Source: Malacoraja senta
Taxonomy: Eukaryota
Reading direction: 5' to 3'
DNA length: 64,000 nt
Assembly (NCBI GenBank): GCA_038087875.1
Contig: JAXLNO010000263.1
Span: 62,001-126,000, forward strand
Both the position numbers and the translations under genes were made by a program. This document shows, one piece after another, positions 36,522 through 49,059 of this stretch (its first letter is position 1; every line of letters begins with the position of its first letter). Below the pieces are notes generated by a model. That model saw nothing but the letters and a program-made list of their open reading frames with translations. It was not told the DNA's origin and made no database searches.

Positions 36522-37900
36522 GTAAGTAGCAGAATATTTGAGGAGCAAACCCATGAACGCAGTGTGCTGTATTAAAGAGCAAGTATGTCTTCAGGACTTC
36601 TATGGAGTTCTGTAATCATAATGTCCTATTATTCCTACATGAACATGTTTAAAACCTGTGCAACCACCCTAGGCTTTGACCAAAATTCACTACTTCACAG
36701 GGTTTTGGAAGTCGATTAAAATAATAACTCGGTATAAGAAATATGATATTTACTTAAAATAGGAATGATTTGTAAGACCATGTGAAGCAAGTAAGGACCA
36801 CAGGAGACATAACAATCTGCAGATGCTGGAATCATGAGTAAAATACGGTGCTGGAGAAGCTCAGCAGGTTATGCAGCATCTACGGAGGGAATGGACAGGC
36901 ATTTCCATTCTGCAGACGATGTTTCAATAGACAATAGGTACAGTAGGCTATTCGGCCCTTCGAGCCGGCACTGTTAAGCTAGGACCTTTCTTCAAACAAA
37001 AAATGAATGTTTAAAGAAGAGTAGCAAACCCATAGATTCTGCCTCACCCGCTGAATTTCTCCAGCATTTTTGTCTACCTAGTAGTAATCCAAACCATCGT
37101 CTGTCTATTCCATCCGCAGATGCTGCCTGACCCGCTGAGTTCGCACAGATTTTTGTCTTTGTCCCACGGGTTGGGGCTAATTGGATATGTCTGGCCAAAG
37201 AGCCAGCACAGGCCAAAACTATGAACTCATGGAGTAGTGTCATAGTATACAGGCTCCGCTACAGCAACACACTTGCTGCATGGGCAGTGTGTCAGCTGCT
37301 GGTCTAACTCCATTTAGGAAGTATCTTGGCCTGCACTATTTCCAGTAAGTGGAAACATTGCCAAGAGGAAATTAGCCTGTGGTGTTTACTCGTATCTTAT
37401 TTACTATCAATCCTTTCTTATAGACCCCAGTCTCTTAGCTCATTCTAGCATGCACTCTCCTTTCTTGGCTCCCCTCCCTCTCTCTCTTCTCTCTCTCTCT
37501 CTCTCTCTCTGACCACCTCTCATCTCTCTCATAATTCCCTTCATTAATTGGCGGCACAATTACACGACTTACAGTTCATAACCTGAATTATACATTTCAT
37601 GGACAAATCCATTACATTAAAACTGTGGTGTTGTTGGTGCACCAGAGACGGCCAGATGCCAGGAGCAGCAACATTGGAGGGAGATTGCTAGCCGCTGTTG
37701 TAGACAGGCCAGCAGCAATGCACAGAACTTGGGGATCAACTGAGGTGGGTGTGCAAGCTTTTAGAACTTAGGGGAAGGGGCGGCTGGGGAGAGATGTATT
37801 AGGGGGGGTGTTAAAAGTACAGGAGAGAGGGGTGAGAAACAGAAAAATCAGGCAAACTGTTGGGTGATGAGGCCAAGCTGGGAAGTGACATTCTGAGGAA

Positions 37901-38100
37901 NNNNNNNNNNNNNNNNNNNNNNNNNNNNNNNNNNNNNNNNNNNNNNNNNNNNNNNNNNNNNNNNNNNNNNNNNNNNNNNNNNNNNNNNNNNNNNNNNNNN
38001 NNNNNNNNNNNNNNNNNNNNNNNNNNNNNNNNNNNNNNNNNNNNNNNNNNNNNNNNNNNNNNNNNNNNNNNNNNNNNNNNNNNNNNNNNNNNNNNNNNNN
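37901..38100. other. Assembly gap (200 N) with duplicated flanks
   Basis: N-run. 37648-37900 is almost identical to 38101-38352. Confidence 0.95.
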
Positions 38101-38699
38101 GACGGCCAGATGCCAGGAGCAGCAACATGGAGGGAGATTGCTAGCCGCTGTTGTAGACAGGCCAGCAGCAATGCACAGAACTTGGGGATCAACTGAGGTG
38201 GGTGGCAAGCTTTTAGAACTTAGGGGAAGGGGCGGCTGGGAGAGATGTATTAGGGGGGGTGTTAAAAGTACAGGAGAGAGGGTGAGAAACAGAAAAATCA
38301 GGGCAAACTGTTGGGTGATGAGGCCAAGCTGGGAAGTGACATTCTGAGGAAACACAGTATGGGACATTTTAAATAGTCTAATGCTTGTTGTGATTAACCA
38401 CTGCTTGTCCTTTATTATTTGGAAATTTTAAAGTGTCTTTCTTTTTAAAACAGCATTTGTTGTAAATGGTTAAATGGAGGAAGTGGTATTGGAAAATATA
38501 ACGGGAGAATGTGAAGGAGGTGTGTGGTGGGAGACTGGGTAGAAAGGGTCATGTGAGGCTAATAAATAAACTAGCAGTGAACATTCCTGTAAACATATTC
38601 AGGTTGATGGAATCCATCCTCTATCTCCCAGTGAACTATCTCCCAGTGAACTATCAGTGGGTACTTTCAGACGCTTCCTGCATGATTTTATTTCTAAAG

Positions 38700-38808
38700 G
38701 ACCAGAACGAACATTCCACCAGTGTATGGCCTGGATGTGACTTTTGTCAACCAATGGGAGGAGACGGTGTTGCAACCTGCTCTGCAGATTGTCGAGAGCT
38801 TCTTAAAG
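38700..38808 (+). CDS. TRIT1: TRIT1 exon 9 (109 bp as assembled; one base short of frame)
   Basis: ctaaag|G acceptor. Encodes ...[36 protein letters not shown]|gtacag donor. Phase mismatch with exon 8. Confidence 0.85.
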
Positions 38809-39621
38809 GTACAGAACGCTGGGCCAAACGTGATGTGTGTTTGTACGTCTCCTGTAGTCCTGATGCATGCACGTGGTGCATTCAGTCGTTTACACTCCGA
38901 CCATAAACTCATGATCAGTGGCACTCAGCAGGGTTTTTTTCTGGTTTAAATGCTGTCTGCTTGTACTGGTTATAGCAATACTAATACATAGCTATAAATC
39001 CACATTAAACCCATGTGTAATGCAAGATTACGCTGCTTTCTAAGGTTACTGCAACGGATCTAGTGACACGATTCAGATAAAACAAGGTATCACAGTGTCC
39101 TGGTCAAATTATATTTCAACCAACATTGCTAATCTGGTCAGGTGTTATGTTATAATATAAGTTATGTGCATATTGTTTTGTGAACATTTGCTGGCTCTTG
39201 CCTACATTGTTGTGACTTATGTGATGGCTGTAGAACATATTGGGTCACTCTGAAATGAAGATAGCCCATGTAATTTCTATCAACTCTAACTAGGATTGGG
39301 TGGGCAAAGTGGGATAACATCAAACGTGTGAACGGGTGATCAATGGTCGGCGTGGACTTGGTGGGCCGAAAGGCCTGTTTCCCTGATGCATCTCTAAAAC
39401 TAAAATTAAACTAACCCACACCTATGAAAATGGTGGCAAAGATATTAAGCATGCTTTGAAGGATTGAAATTATAACTCTTTCAAAATAATTTGACATTTC
39501 TGGTGATTAAAAGATGATTATTTTATTCAGATTGGTGATTTCAATCTCTTTTAGTTTTACTGGTGTGATGATTCGTGTTTGTACTGTGAATCTTATTTGG
39601 CAACTGCGTCCATGTTTACAG

Positions 39622-39739
39622 GGAGAGCAACCTGCAGCATTGCCACTAACCGCGGCTCATGATCAGATTGATGGGAAGAGGAACCGGCGAGTCTGTGAAT
39701 TGTGTGATAAAATCATTCTTGGTGATCAGGAATGGAAAG
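39622..39739 (+). CDS. TRIT1: TRIT1 exon 10 (zinc finger, first half)
   Basis: ttacag|GGA acceptor. Encodes ...RRVCELCDKIILGDQEWK. G|gtaaga donor. Confidence 0.93.
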
Positions 39740-39885
39740 GTAAGAAGAATTAGGCCATATAAGGAAAATAACCCAGGCTGCATGAGTGAGATGAAGTGAA
39801 GGAGTGTTGAGGCAGCTGGGGTTGAAGACATTAGCTGGGTGCCAGATTGAGAATGATCGCTGAATGAACTCTGCTTACCTTGCAG

Positions 39886-39998
39886 CTCACCTGAAATCCA
39901 AGAATCATCAGTACCACTGGAAGAGGAGGAAGAGGGCTGAGGCACAGTTAAGCACAGACACTTCCCCTGACACTGTAAACACTCCACAAGAAGTGTAG
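39886..39998 (+). CDS. TRIT1: TRIT1 exon 11 (terminal; zinc finger His ligands and basic NLS-like motif)
   Basis: tgcag|CT acceptor. Encodes AHLKSKNHQYHWKRRKR...PQEV*, with TAG at 39996-39998. Confidence 0.9.
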
Positions 39999-41340
39999 AG
40001 GCTTCCTCCAGTCTGCATTAATATCACAGGAACTGACCCCAAGATGTGAACCAACTGGTATGGATGGTCCATGACAATAGCTGGCCAGAAGCTCTTGCCT
40101 ATTGGAGACGATGCAGAATAGCTATACTCTGCCTCCATTCTTCTCTTTCTTCCTACAATCAACAGATAATTTGTTGTTGATATTCTAGGTTGTGTCCTGG
40201 GAGCATCCTGTTGGATTATTTGTAGGATATAAATGTTGCATCTTTTCTTTTGAAAGGTGGAATCAATTGACATAGGATTACTAAACGTGGCTGGATGTAG
40301 TCCTGGAAATGAAGCCGCACCTCTTGCCTCTAACCTCCACATTCAGTCGCGTTATCTGTGTTCACCATCTCCAATATTTTAACTTGGAAGAGTGTTGAAG
40401 TAGAATTAAAAGATGCATATTTTTTTTAATGATCCAGTGAATGTTTCTGCATAGTTTGCTTACTGGGGTATCCTGAAGATTTGGTAACTGAAGAATTAGC
40501 AATCATGACCTAAAATCAGTCATCGGTTAACGGAAGAAATATGATTTGAGGGAAGAGATGTTTGGAATTGAGGTTTGTCCAGGGCAACACTTCACATGCC
40601 TGCACCAACAAATTCTGTACGATGGCCAGTAACTCAACTGGAAGTTGGTGCTCATTCCTTAACGATGACTTCTCCCAAGGGATGGTGTGCTGTATGCTCC
40701 ATGCTCCATGTAGAGCATGATAGCTGTCACAAGGAATAGATTGTTTGATGATAGTAACATGAAGGGAATTCTATAAAATGGGTGTAAACACACAGTCGAA
40801 ATCTAGGACATGGTTTCCATTGAATGTTTCTGCTTTAATTTACCATTTATGTTCTGCGTGTCCTAAACTTTTGCTGAATGTTCTTTACGAGATCCCACCA
40901 TCTATAGGTTAAAAAAATCCCAGTGTTGGAGAGGCTTGTCAGCTACAGTCAAACAGCTGCAGAATCACGATATTTTAGTACCGATTTAAAATTCCCACCA
41001 CCCTAATATACGTATCCTTGGAAATTAATTTTCATGTTTCATTCTGGAATATCAGCCCTGTACTTCCTCCAAACTCATTATCTCTTTTCATGGGTGTGAT
41101 CATAGTATTCAAGATGTGGTCTTGCCAAGGCTTTTGGAGCTGTACCATAATTTCTTACCAGGAGACACAAGGAACTGCTGATGTTGGAATGTTGAGTTAA
41201 ACACAAAGTGCTGGAGTAACTCAGCGAGTCAAGAAGTGTCTATGGACTGAATGGATAGGTGACATTTAATTTCTAACATTTAATTTCTAACCATTTATAG
41301 TTCCACTTTCACCACTTGTCCTAAATATTTTACATATATA

Positions 41341-41760
41341 TCTATCTATCTATCTCTATCTATCTATCTATTTATCATCTTATCTTATCTTTCTTATCTT
41401 TCTTATCTTATCTTTCTTATCTTATCTTTCTTATCTTATATTCCTTATCTTACCTTTCTTATCTTACCTTTCTTATCTTACCTTTCTTTCTTTTCTTTCT
41501 TTCTTTCTCATCTTTCTCATCCTTCTCATCCTTCTCATCCTTCTCATCCTTCTCATCCTTCTCATCCTTCTCATCCTTCTCATCCTTCTCATCCTTCTCA
41601 TCCTTCTCATCCTTCTCATCCTTCTCATCCTTCTCATCCTTCTCATCCTTCTCATCCTTCTCATCCTTCTCTTCCTTCTCTTCCTTCTCTTCCTTCTCTT
41701 CCTTCTCTTCCTTCTCTTCTTTCTCTTCTTTCTCTTCTTATCTATCTTATCTATCCATCT
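41341..41760 (+). repeat. Compound microsatellite (TCTA)n > (TCTTA/TTTCTTATC)n > (CTTCTCATC)n > (CTTCTCTTC)n
   Basis: Directly visible gradient of repeat units at the 5' end of Helitron H4. Confidence 0.9.
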
Positions 41761-43443
41761 AAAACTCTGTGGCTGTCCGTCCGGCGTCAAAATTCCCCTT
41801 TGATACCGCCCTAGACCAACACAGCACGTGGAAACGCCGATATTTTTTACCATTTCTAAACAGATTACATTTATCTTTACGAATAGCCACTCCTGATTAA
41901 ATTTGGTCGTGTTTATGTACACTTTTTAAAATAAAATACTTCTCCCCCCCCCAAAAACTATTCAAAATGTTTTAAAAAACAGCTCAGCCATAGAATGTTA
42001 ATAAAGATTCCGTTGTGTGATGTCACAATGCCCAATGCTCACAGATGTCCAATCGGAATGAATCCATTTACATATGCCTTTGCAGCAGCCCCAGCACCAG
42101 CCCCTCCCCCCCAACCCCACAGCCTGTGTCGAAGGGCATCGTCACGTGTGTGGGGGTGATAGGGAATGGGGAAATTTCAAAATGTTAAAAAATCAGCTCT
42201 CAGCAATAGAATGTTAATGAAGGTTCCGTTTTGTGATGTCACAATGCCCAATGCTCACAGATGACAAATCGGAATGGATCCATTTACATATGCCTTTGCA
42301 GCAGCCCCAGCCCCTCCCCCCCAACCCCACAGCCTGTGTCGAAGGGCGTCGTCACGTGTGTGGGAATAGAGAAAGAGGATTGGGGGTGATAGGGAATGGG
42401 GAACAGATGGACTGTCCCTACCCCTCCTACTTCCACTCTCCCTCCCCCACCTCTCTCCCCTTCCCCTCCCTCCCCTCCCTCTCTTCCCCTTACTCCTCTC
42501 CCCTTCCCCTCATCCCCTCTCTCCACCTCTAACATCCTTTCCCCCCTTCCTGCCCTCCCCGCTCTCCTACCACTCCCCACTCTCCTCCCCCTCCCTCTCT
42601 CCCACCCTGCTCTCTTCTCCCTCACCAATCTCTCCCCTATCCTCCCCCCCCTCTCCCCTCCCTCCCCCTCTCCTCTTCTCTCCCCACCCCGTCTCCCTCT
42701 CCCCTCTTCTCTCCCCACCCCATCTTCCTCTCCCCCCGAGTGTGTTTGGGGGGTGGTTAGTGTGTGTGATGCCGCAGACCACCCCCTCCCGCAAACGCGC
42801 GTTGGGAAAACAGCCCGTCAACAGTCTCTCTGTCTTTTCAGAACATTTCAGAAAAAAAACCTTCTGAAGATGGGCTTCGGCCCAAAGCATTGCCTATTTC
42901 CTTCGCTCCATAGATGCTGCTGAACCCTCTTTGTTTCTCCAGCTTTTTTTTGTATACAAGTCTCTCTGTCTCTCCTCTCTCTCTCTCTCTCTGCCCTTCT
43001 CTCTTCACAGCCCGCGGATCGACTCATGCACGCCCGCTCCAACACCCCCCTTCACCTCTCCCCATCCTCTCCTTCCTCTCTCCACCCCTCTCCTCTCTCC
43101 CCCTCTTCTCTCACCACCTTCCTCTCCCCCCTTCCTCTCCACCCTCCTCCTCGCCCACTTCAATTTTTTTTTTCAAACATTAAATTGTCTCTCTATGCCC
43201 CCCCCCTCTAGACGCACATGAGAGGTGAGGGCTATTCGTCAGTGGATAGGGTGGAGATGGGATAAAAGAAGCAAATTAAAAAATTAAAATAATATCAAGG
43301 GGTGTGATGAGTGTGTGTTTGTGGGTGCCGGATTCCGTGCTTTGGAGGAAAGGGGGTGGTTAGTGTGACGCAACAGCACCACCCCCACCCCCCCGCAAAT
43401 GCACGTTCGGTGTCCAGACCAAACGGGTCTGCACTTGGTCTAG
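41341..43443 (+). mobile_element. Composite non-autonomous Helitron H4
   Basis: Family 5' modules and C/T tract, a degenerate first terminus near 42790-42830, an extra segment, then a second terminus hairpin and CTAG at 43440-43443. Confidence 0.72.
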
Positions 43444-45740
43444 TATTATATTAAAACTCTGTGGCTGCCTGATTTGTGTCTGCCATCCGCCTGACTTGTG
43501 TCACAAATCCCCTTTGATACCGCCCTAGGCCCACACAGCACGTGGAAACGCCGATATTTTTTTACCATTTCTAAAGAGATTACATTTATCTTTACGAATA
43601 GACACTCCTGATTAAATTTGGTCGTGTTTATGTACACTTTTTAAAATAAAATACTTCTCCCCCCCCCCACCCCAACATTTCAAAATGTTTAAAAAAACAG
43701 CTCAGCAATAGAATGTTAGTGAAATTTCCATTGTGTGATGTCACAATGCCCGATGCTCACACATGTCCAATCGGAATGGATCCATTTACATATGCCTTTG
43801 CAGCAGCCCCTCCCCCCAACCCCACAGCCTGTGTCGAAGGGCGTCGTCATGTGTGGGGGTGATAGGGAATGGGGAAATTTCTAAATGTTAAAAAAACAGC
43901 TCTCAGCAATAGAATGTTAATGAAGGTTCCGTTGTGTGATGTCACAATGCCCAATGCTCACAGATGACAAATCGGAATGGATCCATTTACATATGCCTTT
44001 GCAGCAGCCACATCCCCAGCCCCACCCCCGCAGCCTGTGTCGAAGGGCGTCGTCACGTGTGGGAATAGAGAAAGAGGATTGGGGGTGATAGGGAATGGGG
44101 AACAGATGGACTGTCCCTACCCCTCCTACTTCAACTCACCCTCCCCACTCATCCCCCTCTCTCCTCTCCCCCTCCCACACCCTCTCTTCCCCCTCCACCA
44201 CCCCTCTTCACCCCCATCTCCCCCCACCCCCTTCCCCTCTCTCTTGCACCACTCCCCGCTGCCCCTCACTCCCCACTCTTCCCCTCTCCCTCCCCCACCT
44301 GTCTCCCTCCACTCTCCCTCTCTTCCCCCTACTCCTCTCCCCTTCCCCTCATCCCCTCTCTCTACCTCTAACATCCCCTCTCCCACTTCCTGCCCTCCCC
44401 GCTCTCATACCACTCCCCACTCTCCTCCCTCTCCCCCACCCTGCTCTCTTCTCCCTCACCAATCTCTCCCCTCCCTCCCCCCTCTTCTCTCCCCACCCCG
44501 TCTCCCTCTCCCCTCTTCTCTCCCCACCCCATCTTCCACTCCCCCCCTTCCCCCGCCTGTGTTTGGGGGGTGGTTAAAGGCCTGTCTCACGAGTCTGCGG
44601 TCATTGGCGGCGAAACGGGAAGAATCTGCCGCCATAGACCGCGCACTCGTGAGAACGCACTATTCCGGGACCGTGCGGCCGCAGGCACAGCCACCGCTAC
44701 AGCGCCGTGATCAGGACGGCCGCCGCTCGTGAGTCACGTGCGGCGGGCCGACGTCATCGCAGTTGACCCGCCCTTTTTTTTACTTACCGCGAGCACGTGG
44801 GACCCGCCGTGTTTGAATTACTCGGCCCCCGTGCAGCATCCGTGCGGCGCTCCAGTGGATAGGCTCGGCGTTCTCGCCGTTGCCGTGCGGTCCCTGCTAC
44901 CGGCGACGCCGCGTTTCACCGCCGATGACCGCAAACAGGTAAGACAGAGCCTTTATAGTGTGAGTGTGATGCCGCATCACCCCCCCCCCCCTCAAACGCG
45001 CGTTGGGGAAACAGCCCACCAACAGTCTCTCTGTCTTTAAGACGGAACTGCAGATGCTGGAAAATCGAAGGTACACAAAAAAAACCTATTACCTCAGAGG
45101 GTGCAGCAGCATCTATGGATCAAAGGAAATAGGCAACGTTTCGGGACAAAACCAGACTGAGGATGGGTTTCGGCCAAAAGAGTTGCCTATTTCTTTCGCT
45201 CCATAGATGCTGCTGCACCCGCTGTGTTTCTCCAGCTTTTTTTTGTGTACCAGTCTCACTGTCTCTCCCCTCTCTCTCTCTCTGCCCTTCTCTCTTCACA
45301 ACCCGCGGATCGAATCATGCACGCCAGCTCCAACAACACCCCCCTCACCTCTCTCCCCATCCTCCTTCCTCTCTCCACCCCCATTCTCTCTCCCCCTCCT
45401 CTCTCCCCACCCCACTTCCTCTCCATCCTCCTCACAATTTTTTTTCTAACATTAAATTTTCTCTCTGTGCCCCCCCACCCTCGAGACGCACCCGAGAGGT
45501 GAGTGCTATTCATCAGTGGATAGGGTGGAGATGGGATAAAAGAAGAAAATTAAAATATTAAGATAATATCAAGGGGTGTGATGAGTGTGTATGTTTGTTG
45601 GTGCCAGATTCACACCCCGCAACCGTGCTTTGGAGGTACAGACCCAACGGGTGGGTGGTTAGTGTGACGCCGCAGCCCCACACCCACCCCCGCAAACGCA
45701 CGTTGGGGAGACAGACCCAACGGGTCTGCACTTGGTCTAG
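43444..45740 (+). mobile_element. Composite non-autonomous Helitron H5, head-to-tail with H4
   Basis: Same architecture as H4. Ends cagacccaacgggtctgcacttggtCTAG|T at 45737-45740. Confidence 0.75.
44576..44954. mobile_element. GC-rich MITE nested in H5 (PIF/Harbinger- or Kolobok-like)
   Basis: Imperfect TIRs aaggcctgtctcac / gtaagacagagcctt interrupt the ggggtggt|tagtg motif that is contiguous in H2 and H4. Confidence 0.65.
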
Positions 45741-46120
45741 TTACATATAGATCTCTTCGTCTTTTTACATATCTTTCTGGATTTTCGCAATTCAGAAAGC
45801 AGCCTGCTTTATCCCTTGTAGATCCCGCCTCCGGATTATCAAGGCTTTCTCCTTATTCTTAACCAAAGTCATATGTTTAATTTTAGACTTGTGCTTTGCA
45901 GTACAACTCAGTTTGTGCCATTGGTAAACATTGGTCAAAACTGTTATGATTTATTCTCCAACCCTTTGTCTTTAAGCTATTCCTCACAGGTTAGAGTATT
46001 ACAAATAGATTTTCAGATTTGAAATTAGCACTAAATTTAAATCACGGGCAAACCATCTTGCCCCAGGCTGCTATACATTATTTATTGTGTTGAGTTGTTT
46101 GTGAGGCTGGGACTTCTCTG

Positions 46121-46395
46121 AGGGTCGCCACCTTGTAGTGGAGACATATGCGTGTGCCTTAGATCCTGTAAGCTGGCCTCATGGCAGGAAGGTCGAGGGG
46201 GAGTTCCCTGACAAAGCGCGGCCCAAGAAGACGACCTCAGCGGTGGAGCAGGCCGAGGATGGTGTTTGTCCGGCGGCTGAGAAGGTGGAAGAAGGCTGCA
46301 GCAGGGAGAGACTCCCAACCATGGTGGAGCCCATATCATTGGACCCGGGACTGTCTTTGTCAAGGCCCATGTGGTGGCTGTCCATGTACCAGTGA
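46121..46395 (+). mobile_element. RTE-clade LINE 5'-UTR-like fragment
   Basis: gggtcgccaccttg...aaggtcgagggggagttccctgacaaagcgcggccc resembles RTE/BovB-type 5' ends (from memory); terminal stem gggtcgc/gcggccc. Confidence 0.5.
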
Positions 46396-48468
46396 ATGTT
46401 GTTCGAAAAGTGTTACCAATCTCTTTGTTGGAGATGGTCATTGCCTGATAATAGAATTACAGAGTCATACAGCACAGAAACACCCCTTCACATCCTTTTT
46501 ACACATCCGCACTAATCGCATTTGCTCAAATTAGGTCCTTATCCTTTCCCTGCCTTGTCTATTTAAATACTTTAGAGAATACAGCGCGGAAACATGCCCT
46601 TTGGCCCACCGGGTCTGTGCCGACCAGCGATCCCTGCACATTAACACTATCTTATCCATACTAGGGACAATTTTTACATTTACCAAGCCAATTAACCTGC
46701 AAACCTGAGCATCTTTGGAGTGGGGAAGGAAGCCGAAGATCTCAGAGAAAACCCATGCAGGTCACGGGGAGAACGTACAAACTCTGTACAGACAGCACCC
46801 GTAGTCAGGATCGAACCCAGGTCTCCGACGCTCTAAGGCAGCAACTCTACTGCTGCACCATCGTGCTGCCCCCTACTTGTCCAGCTGATCTTAAATTATA
46901 TTGTATCTGATTCTGTCTCCTCTGGCAACGTTCCAGATATCAAACAATCTCTATATATAAAAACTTTCTTCCCAATCCCCTTGGAAATCACTTTAAACCT
47001 CTGGCCTTTTTTCTACCACTTCCATGGGCAAAAAACTTGCCTGTACGCTATATTTTATATATATCAGGAAACTCAAATCATTGTCTTTCTAGGCACAACA
47101 AGCCCAGCCTCTTAATCATTTCCCGTAGCTAAAGTCTGCCAGTCCAGACAACGTCCCAATGAATGTCCTCTGTAAACTGTCCGGTGTAATCCTATCTGTC
47201 CTGTAGGGTGGCAACCAGAACTGCACACAGTGCTCCAAGTATGGCTTGACCAAGGTTTGTGAAGTTGCAACATAAACTACCCACTTATATAACCTATGAT
47301 AGCAAGTGTGGCATTTCCTTTATTTACCACCCTATCTACCCATGTTGGCACTTTCAGTGACCTGTATACTTGTTCCCCAAGACCCCTCTGTTCATCGACA
47401 TTCCTTCATGCCCTGCCATTTACTGTATGTCCTACCCCATTTAGACTTCCCAACATGCATTCACCTTGCACTCGTCTGGTATAAATTCCATCTGCCAATG
47501 CTCTGCCCAACTTTTCATCTGATTGAAATCCTGCTGTAGGTTCAGACAACCTTCTATGCACAGCACCATCATCTTTTGTGTCACGTACAAACCCACCAAT
47601 CATTCCTCCTATATTGTAATATAAATATTACTTACTAATTAGCAGCCATTTCTGAATGTTGCCCAACTCGTGAACTGCTGTGTGTATTCATTGATTAAAA
47701 TTAAGCAACAATGACCAGCATTTCCCATATTCATGACAACAAATAAATTGGGTCAAGAGTTCCAACATAAGGAATGATCTGGAATTAAGATTATTGTCCA
47801 GGAACAAAAGGAACCATCAACACTTTCCAATGTATGGCACCAGCCAAGTGTTATTTCTACCTAGTTCCCAATGACATAAAATTGAGCTGAATTGGTTTGC
47901 TAACACACTCAGTCTAAGACTGGTGTCATCTTCATAATCCTTACTTTTAACCTTTGATCAAATGTACAGCCTATTTGGTCGTCCAAGGTTCCCTTATCTT
48001 TCCTAACTGCAACATGCTAATCCTGAGCTCTGATCAGGTGGTCTTTAAATGACTCACATGTCAGATGGAGATTTACCCCAAAACAACTGCTCTCAATTTA
48101 CTCTCCTTAGTTCCTGCCCAATAATGTTGTAATTTCCCTTACTCCAGTTTAGTGCATTCCCCAAGGTGCTGACCTTCACTTATTCAAAACAATCTTAAAA
48201 CTTATGGAGTTGAGATCACTATCTCCAGGGTGCTACACCTTACACCAGTCAATGGAGTTCTCCCCAGTTCCCCACGGATTCACAATCACCCGGGTTGTTT
48301 CATCGTCTCTCAGGCTAAAGTGATCTTACTGCCAGCAGATCAGCTCCACACTGGGCTGTGCCATGATTGAGGGATAGGCACAGATAGTGCACTGAGTTTT
48401 AACTGGAGACCAGACACACACACACACAAACTCATTCACACGCATTATCCTTTTTGTTTTGATGCTCG

Positions 48469-48474
48469 TTTATT
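48469..48474 (-). promoter_or_regulatory. Candidate pentraxin poly(A) signal (AATAAA on minus)
   Basis: tttatt on plus, with a downstream (minus-strand) GT-rich tract. An alternative AATAAA lies at 49034-49039. Confidence 0.45.
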
Positions 48475-49059
48475 AAGCTGATGAAACTGCAATGATCATT
48501 CACAGTCACTGGAAGCACAGAACACATTGTGAGCTTTCCAAACCTTGGTGGAACAAACAATGTGAAATCAAGAGGGTAATACAGAGAGAGACAGTAATAA
48601 TTCCAATCAGTACAATCTAAATCAAGACAGGATCAGCCTCCACCACAGGGACTTTCCCACAGTCCGTGTCTGCCCATCACCACCACCCCCGTGCCCCTGA
48701 CGCTTTCTTGTCTACATGTGTGTGTCAGAGAGATGGCACCAAATGCTCTGTACTGCTGCACCTTTTAACTGGGATGCCCAACTGTTCCCGGTGGGATTTG
48801 AGGAAGGGCTTCAGCAGAATAGACGAGGAGGGGAGTCTGGTTAAAGAGGGCGGACTTGTCTGTTCTGAGCAATCCCTGGACTCAGTGAGTTGTCCCTTAG
48901 GTCGACGTAAACAGCCCTTTATTCTGGAATCAACACCACTAATTCTGCTGATCTGGTTTAGAGAGGAAATATCGCAATGTAAGGTCATATTCAACAAGTG
49001 CAGTTTGAGGACATTGGGTTTTCCTCTGCACATTTTATTGTTTTTTGTAGCCAGAAAAT

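Noticed and set aside
37648..38352. ~250-bp near-perfect direct repeat
   Set aside because: It flanks a 200-N gap exactly, which is typical of unmerged contig overlap, so it is not evidence of a real duplication.
41473..41922. ORF with (RRM)n and (RRK)n repeats resembling a protamine
   Set aside because: It is the translation of a 9-bp microsatellite joined to a Helitron 5' end, with no gene structure.
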